A stretch of DNA of 64,000 nt from Candidatus Geocrenenecus sp. JGI 0000106-J15 (GTDB lineage Archaea; Thermoproteota; Nitrososphaeria_A; Caldarchaeales; Wolframiiraptoraceae). The position numbers were made by a program, and so were the translations under genes. Positions 55,880-64,000 of the stretch are shown here, piece after piece; position 1 is the first letter of the stretch, and the number at the start of each line of letters is the position of its first letter. The DNA is taken from positions 23,027-87,026 of the forward strand of contig ASPF01000004.1 of assembly GCA_000405685.1 (NCBI GenBank), in the 5' to 3' direction. Under the pieces are notes generated by a model. The model saw only the letters and a program-made list of their open reading frames with translations, ran no database searches and had not been told where the DNA came from.

Positions 55880-56139
55880 CTTATTAACTTCAATAAAATA
55901 TGCAGAAAGCGTATTAACATATATAAAATACATGTTAAAGAATTCGGTATTTTTATCGATTGGTTAAGAAAAGGTTTAATTAGAGCCTTGATGCCAGTAA
56001 AAGCAAAGCTCCGAGGGCTGAAGATGATGAGGATCTCAAACAATACTACTAAAGTCTTCTTTTTTGCCTTCTGGAGCTATTATTATTTTGCCCTGGCGTA
56101 GGCTGGGGCGTCTGAATAAATTCTAAATGTATTGGAGGT

Positions 56140-57366
56140 GTGTTCTGTTTGGTTAAGAGTATAGTAGTTAAATTGGGTGGATCTGTCTTAAAAGATGTCG
56201 CAGCTATCGCTGATGCTGCAAACTGGGTTAAGAAGTTAATAGATAACGGCTACGGGGTTGTAGTAGTTGTCTCAGCATTAAAAGGTGTAACAGACGAACT
56301 TGTAGATACAGTCAAGAATCTATCGAAGAATCCTGATCCAACGTTGATGGATGAGATACTAGCGATGGGTGAAAGAACCAGTGTAAGACTCTTCACCCTA
56401 GCCTTAAGAGAACATGGAGTAAATGCATTATTCATTGATCCGTCTGACGATAGATGGCCAATAATAACAACAGATAAACATCTTGATGCAGAGCCTATCT
56501 ACGAAGAAACGAAGAAGAAAATAGAAGAAAAGATCATGCCATTAATTTCTGAAGGAGTTATACCTGTAATCTGCGGATTCGTAGGAATAACTACTGATGG
56601 AAAAATAACCACTCTAGGTAGAGGAGGCAGCGATACAACTGCAGTTCTAATCGGTAGCTGTCTAAACGCTGAAGAAATAGTATTAGTTAAAGATGTACCT
56701 GGAATATTCTCAGTAGACCCAGACATTGTTGAAGATGCAAAGATATTGAGTGAGCTCGATTTCAAAGAAGTTCAAGCTCTAGTAAGAGGAGGTTCAAAGA
56801 TCATTCATACAAAAGCTTTGAGATACTTGGGGCAGAATCTAAAGCTTAGAATCGCAAGTCTGAAAGAACTGTTAAGTAATGGTGGAACAGTAATTAGAGG
56901 CTATGAACCAGACATAGAAGTATACTCTCCTACCATTAAGATAACTATGACGACCATTATTGGGAACCAACTTGATGGAGCCGCAGCTTTCGAGAAATTA
57001 TTAAACAAGCTAAAAGAGCGGGGTCTAAAGATTATGGCAATAACTAGTGAGGAGCATTCTTTAGTTCTTTACATTGAAGAGAAAAACGGAATCATAGCAG
57101 ATATCCACTCTACTCTAGTATCAAATAATATAGGTAAAGCTATCAGTTTCTATGAAGATCTATCAATGCTAGTAATATCTGGAAGAATGCTTGAGACTAG
57201 CCCTGGAATAATCTATAGGGTTACTAAACCTCTAGCAGAATCTGGTATAAACGTTTATGGTCTACTAACTATAAGCTCGTCAATCAGATTAATACTATCT
57301 AGTAGAGATATCGATAGAGCTAAGAAGATGTTGATAGAAGAGTTAAAGAAGGAGGCGACAATATGA
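56140..57366 (+). CDS. lysC: aspartate kinase
   Basis: 408 aa. VVKLGGSVL, VVVVSALKGVTDEL and TLGRGGSDTTA motifs, plus a C-terminal ACT-domain pair. The GTG start is uncertain by a few codons. Confidence 0.9.
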   Translation: MFCLVKSIVVKLGGSVLKDVAAIADAANWVKKLIDNGYGVVVVVSALKGVTDELVDTVKNLSKNPDPTLMDEILAMGERTSVRLFTLALREHGVNALFIDPSDDRWPIITTDKHLDAEPIYEETKKKIEEKIMPLISEGVIPVICGFVGITTDGKITTLGRGGSDTTAVLIGSCLNAEEIVLVKDVPGIFSVDPDIVEDAKILSELDFKEVQALVRGGSKIIHTKALRYLGQNLKLRIASLKELLSNGGTVIRGYEPDIEVYSPTIKITMTTIIGNQLDGAAAFEKLLNKLKERGLKIMAITSEEHSLVLYIEEKNGIIADIHSTLVSNNIGKAISFYEDLSMLVISGRMLETSPGIIYRVTKPLAESGINVYGLLTISSSIRLILSSRDIDRAKKMLIEELKKEATI

Positions 57367-58409
57367 AGACGTTAAAAGTAGGTATTTTAGGAGCAACAGG
57401 AATGGTTGGCGTAGAATACATCGATCTATTAGTAAACCATCCATGGTTTAAGATATCAACATTGTCAGGGAAGAAGAGTGTAGGAAAGAAGTATGGTGAG
57501 GCAGTAAAAATATTAAGAAACGTTCCCAAGGAGGTTGAAGATATTGAAGTCATAGAAACAGATCCAAAGAAGTTTGATGCCGACTTAGTATTTTCATCAC
57601 TACCTTCTGAAGCTGCAAGAGAGATCGAGCTTGAATTCATCGAGCATGGTTTCCCAATTGTTAGTGAAGCATCAGCGTATAGAATGGAGCCTGACGTACC
57701 ATTAATGATACCTGAAGTAAATCCTGACCATCTTGAATTAATAAAGATGCAAAAAAAGAAGACTGAAGGATTCATAGTAACTACTCCTAACTGTACCGCT
57801 ATAGGGCTTGTTCTTTCCCTTAAACCAATCCTAGACCAATATGGGATACATAAAGTAGTTGTAGCAACATACCAAGCGGTAACTGGTGCAGGATTTCCAG
57901 GAGTACCATCCTACTCTATACTTGGAAACATAATACCATACATAAAGAAGGAAGAAGAAAAAGTCTCAATAGAAGCAAAGAAGATTCTAGGGAGATTTAA
58001 TGGAAACGATATAGAACATGTAAGATTTCCTATTGAAGCATCATGTGCTAGAGTTCCCACTATTGATGGTCATTTAGAGGCAGTATATGTCGAGACGGAG
58101 AAAGAATTTCAATTAGATGAAGTTATTGAAGTATTCAAAAAGTTTAGAGGTGAACCTCAGAAACTTAACCTCCCAACAGCTCCAAGAGAGCCAATAATCG
58201 TTACTGATATAGAGGATAGACCTCAACCTAGACTAGATGTATACGCTGGTACAGTTCCTGGAATGAGTATAGTTGTCGGAAGAATAAGGAGAGGAGAATC
58301 TAAAAATGTTCTAAAATACTTTGTTTTAAGCCATAATAGAATTAGAGGTGCAGCTGGTACCGCTGTCCTTACAGCTGAGCTTCTCACAATTAAGGGATAC
58401 GTGGGGTGA
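57363..58409 (+). CDS. asd: aspartate-semialdehyde dehydrogenase
   Basis: 348 aa. VGILGATGMVG, catalytic NCTAIGL and SHNRIRGAAG motifs. ATGA overlap with the aspartate kinase gene. Confidence 0.93.
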   Translation: MKTLKVGILGATGMVGVEYIDLLVNHPWFKISTLSGKKSVGKKYGEAVKILRNVPKEVEDIEVIETDPKKFDADLVFSSLPSEAAREIELEFIEHGFPIVSEASAYRMEPDVPLMIPEVNPDHLELIKMQKKKTEGFIVTTPNCTAIGLVLSLKPILDQYGIHKVVVATYQAVTGAGFPGVPSYSILGNIIPYIKKEEEKVSIEAKKILGRFNGNDIEHVRFPIEASCARVPTIDGHLEAVYVETEKEFQLDEVIEVFKKFRGEPQKLNLPTAPREPIIVTDIEDRPQPRLDVYAGTVPGMSIVVGRIRRGESKNVLKYFVLSHNRIRGAAGTAVLTAELLTIKGYVG

Positions 58410-59221
58410 TGGAAATGGTTTCTGGTAAACAAGTTAGAATATCTAGGATAACTTTCAATAATAGAATTCTCTGTATCCCGATGGACCATGGAGTAACTGT
58501 AGGTCCAATAAAGGGAATAGACAATATTCATGAAACGATAAGGAAGGTTGAGAGAGGAGGAGCTACAGCTGTATTAGCACATAAAGGAATCTTCAAAAGC
58601 TTACCTTCACCATTAAGAATAGGCCTGATCGTCCACTTCTCTGCTTCAACCAATTTATCATCTAACCCTAACTGGAAGGTTAGAGTAGGAACGATAGAAG
58701 AAGCTATAAGACTTGGAGCAGATGCCTTATCTCTCCACATCAACATAGGTAACAAAGATGAACAAGACATGCTAGTTAAGCTAGGCATCATGGCTGATGA
58801 ATGTGATGAATGGGGAGTTCCACTCATAGCAATGATGTATCCTAGAGGAGAGAATATTAAGAATCCAAATGACCCGAATGTGATCGCTCATGTAGCTAGA
58901 ATAGCTGCTGAATTAGGAGCAGATATCGTGAAAGTACCTATGCCATCCTCAAACCCTGATGAGATAAAGATTATCGTGAAAGGATGTCCAGTACCTGTAG
59001 TAGCAGCAGGTGGGCCGAAGCTAGATAGTGATAGACAGGTGCTAGAGCTTGCTGAAGCAGTTATAAGAGCAGGAGGGTTTGGAATAACTTTTGGTAGAAA
59101 CGTCTTCCAACATGATGACCCAGAACTTATCACGAGGGCTCTTAGAGCTATTGTAATAGAAGGTAGAACTATTGAAGAAGCATTACAAATACTAGCAGGC
59201 GGCGGAAGAAACCATGAATAA
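58406..59221 (+). CDS. aroA': 2-amino-3,7-dideoxy-D-threo-hept-6-ulosonate (ADH) synthase, class I aldolase (DhnA/FbaB) family
   Basis: 271 aa. LCIPMDHGVTVGP, ADIVKVPMP (Schiff-base Lys region) and GITFGRNVFQ. Sits directly before DHQ synthase II. Confidence 0.8.
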   Translation: MMEMVSGKQVRISRITFNNRILCIPMDHGVTVGPIKGIDNIHETIRKVERGGATAVLAHKGIFKSLPSPLRIGLIVHFSASTNLSSNPNWKVRVGTIEEAIRLGADALSLHINIGNKDEQDMLVKLGIMADECDEWGVPLIAMMYPRGENIKNPNDPNVIAHVARIAAELGADIVKVPMPSSNPDEIKIIVKGCPVPVVAAGGPKLDSDRQVLELAEAVIRAGGFGITFGRNVFQHDDPELITRALRAIVIEGRTIEEALQILAGGGRNHE

Positions 59222-60245
59222 GCAAATTATGATTTCTCCAAGCCATCCAGACAGAAAATTAATAGAGCATGCATTATCTCTCGGCATTAAAGATGTATAC
59301 TGCAAGGTCTCATGCAGTATCCCTGAAGATCTACAACATCATCTTAATGTTTATCTTGAAGATGAAAACGGAGTGATCGAAATACTTGGAGAGAAAACTT
59401 CAAAACCTATAAAAGTCAAGGTAGAAGACGCTGGAGATATTCAGAAAGTCTTGAATGCTGTATCAATAGGTGCAAAAATTATCTTTGTAGACACACCTTC
59501 ATGGAAGATTATACCTCTAGAAAACTTAATAGCTCAACTGCAAGAAGCTAATGTTAAACTATATGCTTATGCTTCAAATCCTAGTGAAGCTGAGACACTC
59601 CTAGGAGTATTAGAGAAAGGAGTTGATGGAGTAGTAGTCAAGGTAGATAGTATTGAAGAATTAGATATAATTCATGAAATCATCGGGTCGATCGATAAGA
59701 TAGAATTAGAGTATGCTGAAGTCGTCGACATGAGGAATGCAGGCATGGGAGAGAGAGTATGCGTAGATACAGTTACAATCCTAAATATGGGAGAAGGACT
59801 ACTTGTAGGCAATAGTGCTCAATTCTTCTTCCTAATACATAATGAAAGTATAGGCTCAGCATTTACATCTCCTAGACCGTTTAGAGTGAATGCGGGAGCA
59901 GTACACTGTTATGTAATGATGCCTAATAGATCGACTAGATATCTCTCAGAACTATCTTCAGGTACACGGGTATTGATAGTTTCAAGCACTGGAGGAACAC
60001 GTGTAGCCTCAATTGGTAGAGTTAAGATTGAGAGGAGACCGCTAAAATTGATCAAGGCTAAGGTAGGAGACGTAGAGGGATCAGTAATTTTACAGGATGC
60101 TGAAACAATCAGGCTTATAAGAAGCGATGGTTCGCCTGCCCCTATAACTGAGATAAAGCCTGGGGATAAAATCATTGTACATGTTTCTGAACTTAAAGCT
60201 AGACATTTTGGAAAAACCGTTGAAGAATTCATTATTGAAAGATAA
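59214..60245 (+). CDS. aroB': 3-dehydroquinate synthase II (archaeal type)
   Basis: 343 aa. WKIIPLENLIA, GERVCVDT, LLVGNSAQFFFL and RPFRVNAGAVH resemble the DHQS-II family. Overlaps the previous gene by 8 nt. Confidence 0.85.
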   Translation: MNKQIMISPSHPDRKLIEHALSLGIKDVYCKVSCSIPEDLQHHLNVYLEDENGVIEILGEKTSKPIKVKVEDAGDIQKVLNAVSIGAKIIFVDTPSWKIIPLENLIAQLQEANVKLYAYASNPSEAETLLGVLEKGVDGVVVKVDSIEELDIIHEIIGSIDKIELEYAEVVDMRNAGMGERVCVDTVTILNMGEGLLVGNSAQFFFLIHNESIGSAFTSPRPFRVNAGAVHCYVMMPNRSTRYLSELSSGTRVLIVSSTGGTRVASIGRVKIERRPLKLIKAKVGDVEGSVILQDAETIRLIRSDGSPAPITEIKPGDKIIVHVSELKARHFGKTVEEFIIER

Positions 60246-60248
60246 GAT

Positions 60249-60932
60249 ATGAAGCCTAAAATCTGTGTTAGTGTTAAAGCTAAAACTATTAATGAATTAG
60301 AATGGAAAGCTAAGAGAGCATTAGATATTGGAGGAGACTTAGTTGAGCTCCGAATAGATTACTTAGAGAATCCTTCTATAGATAGATTGATGAAACTAAT
60401 ATTAGATTTAAGCAACAGAATAATTATAACTGTAAGACCACTATGGGAAGGAGGAGAGTTTCGAGGAGAAGAGAAGTCGAGAATCGAGTTAATGAAAGAA
60501 CTAATTCAACTTAAACCTGCATATATCGACGTGGAGCTTAAAACAGTAAAAGAACATATGTTAGAACATAGTAGAGAAAGTATTAGAATTGTTTCTTGGC
60601 ATAGATTTGATAATACTCCAAGCCTCGATGAATTAAGTCAGATAGCTTCTGAAATGCTTAAACTAGGCGATATTGCAAAAATAGTTACAAAGGTTAATGG
60701 TTTAGAGGAAAATCTAAGGATAATAAGGCTATACAAGATGTACCCACCTGAGAGGCTTATAGCATTTGGAGTAGGAGAGAAGAGTCTACCTTCCCGTATA
60801 CTTTCAATATTGATGGGTTCACCATTAATCTACACCTGTCTTCCAGGAGAAGAAGTAGCTCATGGTCAACCAACCGTTGGAGAGATGCTTGAGATAATAA
60901 CTATTCTGGAGAGTAGAAGTATATGGAAATAG
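60249..60932 (+). CDS. aroD: 3-dehydroquinate dehydratase, type I
   Basis: 227 aa. KICVSV, DLVELRIDYL, IITVRP and AKIVTK (Schiff-base Lys region). Confidence 0.85.
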   Translation: MKPKICVSVKAKTINELEWKAKRALDIGGDLVELRIDYLENPSIDRLMKLILDLSNRIIITVRPLWEGGEFRGEEKSRIELMKELIQLKPAYIDVELKTVKEHMLEHSRESIRIVSWHRFDNTPSLDELSQIASEMLKLGDIAKIVTKVNGLEENLRIIRLYKMYPPERLIAFGVGEKSLPSRILSILMGSPLIYTCLPGEEVAHGQPTVGEMLEIITILESRSIWK

Positions 60933-61780
60933 ACTCTGAGACTAAACTCTGCTGCTTAATAGGTCATCCAGTAAAGCATTCTATCTCCCCCCAGCTTCAT
61001 AACTCTGCATTTAAACATCTAGGATTAAACATGGTCTATCTAGCATTCGATGTAAAGTCAGAGCATCTATCTAGAGTAGTAAAGGGATTAAGACCATTAA
61101 ACATTGTAGGATTCAATGTTACAATACCTCATAAAGTATCAATAATCAAGTTTCTAGACATCCTTGACTCAACGGCAAGGGAGACTAAAGCAGTAAATAC
61201 AGTCGTATTGAAGAATAATAGATTGACAGGGTATAATACTGATGTAGAAGGTATAAAGAGATCTCTGCTTGATTCAAAGGGCATCCTAGATGGAAGAGCA
61301 TTAATCATAGGAGCTGGAGGGGCAGCAAGAGCTGCAGTAGTAGCCTTGAAAAATCTTGGAATAGATGAAATAGTTATCGCGAATAGGAGGATCTGGAAAG
61401 CTGCAGCATTAGTCAGGATATTTAAGAAAAATGATTTAGAAGTAAAGTCAGTAGGTCTCCCAGAGGTAAGGAGATATTCTAGAACATCCTCTATAATAAT
61501 CAATGCAACGCCTGTGGGCATGTGGCCTCATCAAGATGAAACACCCTTATCTTCTAAAGACATCCCAAGAAACTCAACAGTATTAGACCTCGTCTACAAT
61601 CCCTTAAAGACAAAACTTTTAGAAGAAGCTGAGAAAGCAGGAGCAGAGACGATAAATGGGTTAAAACCACTTATCGAGCAGGCTTCTAAAGCTTTTGAGC
61701 TCTGGACAGGTTTACATCCTCCCAAGGATGTTTTATGGAGAGTTGCAGAAGAAGCATTAACGAAATGGGGTATGAAATGA
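60923..61780 (+). CDS. aroE: shikimate dehydrogenase
   Basis: 285 aa. LIGHPVKHSISPQLHNSAF, NVTIPHK, NTD and IIGAGGAARA motifs. Confidence 0.92.
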   Translation: MEIDSETKLCCLIGHPVKHSISPQLHNSAFKHLGLNMVYLAFDVKSEHLSRVVKGLRPLNIVGFNVTIPHKVSIIKFLDILDSTARETKAVNTVVLKNNRLTGYNTDVEGIKRSLLDSKGILDGRALIIGAGGAARAAVVALKNLGIDEIVIANRRIWKAAALVRIFKKNDLEVKSVGLPEVRRYSRTSSIIINATPVGMWPHQDETPLSSKDIPRNSTVLDLVYNPLKTKLLEEAEKAGAETINGLKPLIEQASKAFELWTGLHPPKDVLWRVAEEALTKWGMK

Positions 61781-62652
61781 AGAGTAGAGCAATAGTTCAT
61801 GGAGCAGTCTCAATCGTTAATGCTATTCCAACTGGGTTAGGAGGAGCATTAGGCGTAGATCTCAAAACTATAGTTGAGGCACAACTTCATAATACTAATA
61901 AAAGAGAGTTAGAAATCGAGGTTGAGGTAGAAGATGAAAAGATTGAAGATACTACACTCATAGAAAAAACGGTAGATAAGCTATTAAATATTGTAGGAAA
62001 TGAGAAAGCATGTATACATTTGGATATCTATTCAAATATACCGGTTGCTCGAGGTTTAAAGAGTTCAAGTGCAGTCTCAGACGCAGTCGTACTTGCAGTA
62101 TCGAAACTTTTAGGAATTAGATTAAACTACATGGAGGCTGTAAACTTGGCTGTTGATGCATGCATAGAGGCTGGTGTAACCCTCACGGGAGCATTCGATG
62201 ATGCTGTAACATGCATGATCGGCGGTGTAAATATTACAGATAACTATAAGAGAGAGATACTTGCACACTGGGATGTAGAAGAAGATTTAAGCATCATAAT
62301 AAGCATTCCAGAGGAGAAGATATATACTGGTGAATTAGACATCGATATTTTCAGGAATGTTAGAACTCTCTCTAATAGAGCGGTATCATTAGCATTAAAT
62401 GGTCTCATATGGGATGCTATGATAATTAACGGGATTATAATAGCCTCTGCCATGAACATAGACTATAGACCGATGATGGAAGTATTAAAAAAGAATGTAC
62501 TTTCATGTGGAGTATCAGGCAAAGGTCCAGCTATAGTAGCAGTAACAAGACCAGACTATGAAAATGAAATAGAAAGAGAATTTAAGAAATACGGGAAAAC
62601 GTTGAAGACTAAGCCTAACAATAAGACAGCTATAGTTGAAGTCTTAGAGTAA
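61777..62652 (+). CDS. aroK: shikimate kinase, archaeal GHMP-kinase type
   Basis: ATG 61777 gives an ATGA overlap with the aroE stop. AVSIVNAIPTGLGGALGVDL and the GHMP motif IPVARGLKSSSAVS. Confidence 0.85.
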   Translation: MKSRAIVHGAVSIVNAIPTGLGGALGVDLKTIVEAQLHNTNKRELEIEVEVEDEKIEDTTLIEKTVDKLLNIVGNEKACIHLDIYSNIPVARGLKSSSAVSDAVVLAVSKLLGIRLNYMEAVNLAVDACIEAGVTLTGAFDDAVTCMIGGVNITDNYKREILAHWDVEEDLSIIISIPEEKIYTGELDIDIFRNVRTLSNRAVSLALNGLIWDAMIINGIIIASAMNIDYRPMMEVLKKNVLSCGVSGKGPAIVAVTRPDYENEIEREFKKYGKTLKTKPNNKTAIVEVLE

Positions 62653-62660
62653 TATAGATT

Positions 62661-63575
62661 CTAGCTAGAAGCTGATTTATCCTTCTCTCCAGAGAGTTGC
62701 CTAATTCGAGGATTTAAAGAAATGAGTAGACTGTAAACATAGTCTAAGTTTAATGGCTCTCCTTGTCTCAGTTTTTTAAATAAGCTAAAAGTCTCCAAGC
62801 CTATCTTTATCAACTCGTAATCAATCTTAGAAGAGTCCACTCCACTTGTATCTATTAATCCTTCTTCAGAGTAATCGTTTACCACTGCCAGAACACATCC
62901 AGTAAATATTCTCTTATCGAGACATCTTTCATAATAGTCTCTCAATATACAGTATGCGGAATACTCCATCTCGCTTGAGATTACTCCTAGTTCAATAAAA
63001 GATCTAATTCTCTCTTTAAGCTCATGCCTCCTCGGAGAAAAGCTTGGTCTCTCCTTAAAGTATAAATCATCTTTTGTATGGACTGGTCCTATCCAGAGAT
63101 TTCTTCCAAGAGTATATCCATTTACTTCAGCGGCTTTCAATAATAAAGGTATTAACTCTACACTTGTAATTGCTGGATATTCTAAATCTATTACAGCTGT
63201 GGTCGCCCCTTCATCTCTTACACATGACGTAGGGATATGGATATGGCCCTTCTTAACATATTGTTGGAGAGAACCAGATGTTCCAAGCCTAAGGATGACC
63301 ATGAAATCATCTTTTATAGCTTCAATAATCTCGGGAAGAATTATCATTACACTTGAAGGCCCCATCCCAGTTGAGACAGCTGAGACTTCTAGACCATTAT
63401 AGTACCCATTAACTACTACATGGCCTCTCTCTCCCACGAAGATTTCTGGCCTCTCTAAGAATTCTGCAACTTTCTTAATTCTACTAGGTGAGCCACCTGT
63501 AAGAATATATGGATTTAATCTAGCTACTTCTATATGAGCTGATCTACCAGTTGACGTCGTAAAAGTTATCTTCAT
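62661..63575 (-). CDS. nucleoside phosphorylase (PNP/UDP family, uridine-phosphorylase-like)
   Basis: 304 aa. GGSPSRIKKVAEFL, VSTGMGPSS, LRLGTSGSL and SSEMEYSA motifs. Confidence 0.8.
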   Translation of the reverse strand: MKITFTTSTGRSAHIEVARLNPYILTGGSPSRIKKVAEFLERPEIFVGERGHVVVNGYYNGLEVSAVSTGMGPSSVMIILPEIIEAIKDDFMVILRLGTSGSLQQYVKKGHIHIPTSCVRDEGATTAVIDLEYPAITSVELIPLLLKAAEVNGYTLGRNLWIGPVHTKDDLYFKERPSFSPRRHELKERIRSFIELGVISSEMEYSAYCILRDYYERCLDKRIFTGCVLAVVNDYSEEGLIDTSGVDSSKIDYELIKIGLETFSLFKKLRQGEPLNLDYVYSLLISLNPRIRQLSGEKDKSASS

Positions 63576-63656
63576 ACTGAAGAATTAATATCAAGGTAAA
63601 AATTAAGCTTTAGATTAAAAGTTGAAGCTTTAGGATATCTTGACTAGCCTGTTAGT

Positions 63657-63992
63657 TTACTTTTTCTCTTCTTGAGTTTGTAGCTCTTTCTCTAATTCTT
63701 TCTCAATCTCTTCTATTGGTTTCGGAGGTGGAGTAGTAGCTAAAGTATATCCAATCCAGGCAAATATTGCGAGTACTCCTGTAACGACTATGAATGCAGT
63801 TATCTTTAGTATAATTAAACTCCACTCAGTGAAGAATAGTAGCCAATTATAAGTTACTATCCCTATTACTGATAATATAAGTATGGTTACTCCGATTAAC
63901 GTGTCACGGCTCAAGTTATCAATACCCCGCTGTTCATAAAACACGTTTACAGACTCGTTATTATAGATTTTCCCAAGATTAGTTCTAATCAA
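63657..63992 (-). CDS. small membrane protein with Glu/Lys-rich tail, possibly 5'-truncated by window edge
   Basis: Two TM helices, then PPPKPIEEIEKELEKELQTQEEKK. The listed start is a TTG, and the frame remains open to nt 64000. Confidence 0.45.
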   Translation of the reverse strand: MIRTNLGKIYNNESVNVFYEQRGIDNLSRDTLIGVTILILSVIGIVTYNWLLFFTEWSLIILKITAFIVVTGVLAIFAWIGYTLATTPPPKPIEEIEKELEKELQTQEEKK

Positions 63993-64000
63993 TACCGTCT

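Noticed and set aside
55623-56043. Three overlapping small ORFs (55623-55862 +, 55658-55933 -, 55843-56043 -) in the trxB/aspartate-kinase spacer
   Set aside because: None has a recognisable domain. I retained only the hydrophobic minus-strand one, as a weak call. The others look like chance ORFs in AT-rich spacer.
57320-57775. 151-aa minus-strand ORF spanning the aspartate kinase/asd junction; similar ORFs at 58223-58531, 58528-58827, 59909-60232 and 61129-61521
   Set aside because: All are antisense to a tightly packed, motif-supported operon. They are shadow ORFs produced by codon bias.
1-64000. CRISPR arrays, rRNA genes, IS elements, integrases, proviruses
   Set aside because: Reading through all intergenic regions, I saw no regularly spaced repeats and no transposase or integrase-like ORFs. 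The only long repeated sequences are the shared bodies of the tRNA-Ala and tRNA-Leu genes.

Overview
This is a 64-kb chromosomal window from a visibly AT-rich archaeon. GC content was not computed. The tRNA genes are very GC-rich, which is the usual pattern for hyperthermophiles. Lineage markers point to a TACK/Thermoproteota-type genome: GatD/GatE, Pus10, aCPSF1, the LSm-L37e pair, GGTG-type Shine-Dalgarno sequences, ATGA stop/start overlaps, and tRNAs with multiple introns at non-canonical positions. I did not find CRISPR arrays, rRNA genes, integrases or transposases. Most of the window is housekeeping. (1) At 1-10109, tetrapyrrole/siroheme genes (hemL, hemC, cobA, hemD) are interrupted by a HEPN/MNT toxin-antitoxin pair. 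They lead into a compact dissimilatory sulfite reductase locus (dsrM, dsrK, dsrA, dsrB, a dsrD-like gene, ferredoxin), flanked by a radical-SAM gene, an RHH plus retropepsin-like pair, a YeiH-type anion transporter and TerC. (2) There are seven tRNA genes, and five carry introns. Leu-CAG and Trp-CCA have two introns each, and Leu-TAA and Trp have D-loop introns. (3) The translation and RNA-processing genes are guaA, srp54, pus10, L37e, LSm, aCPSF1, psmB, FKBP, gatDE, glnA and RNase J. (4) At 56140-62652 a translationally coupled operon links aspartate kinase and aspartate-semialdehyde dehydrogenase to the archaeal ADH-synthase/DHQ-synthase-II shikimate route. The least explained loci are: a two-gene operon encoding a zinc-ribbon/Thr-rich membrane protein and a 612-aa Zn-phospholipase-C-fold protein (50650-53399); a cluster of two paralogous 4-TM proteins, a membrane-anchored beta-sandwich glycoprotein and two tandem wHTH paralogs (36514-39724); a 4xCBS-HPF-like fusion (46278-47450); and the RHH/retropepsin pair (11322-12015). 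All functional calls rest on motif and architecture recognition by eye. No database search was run.
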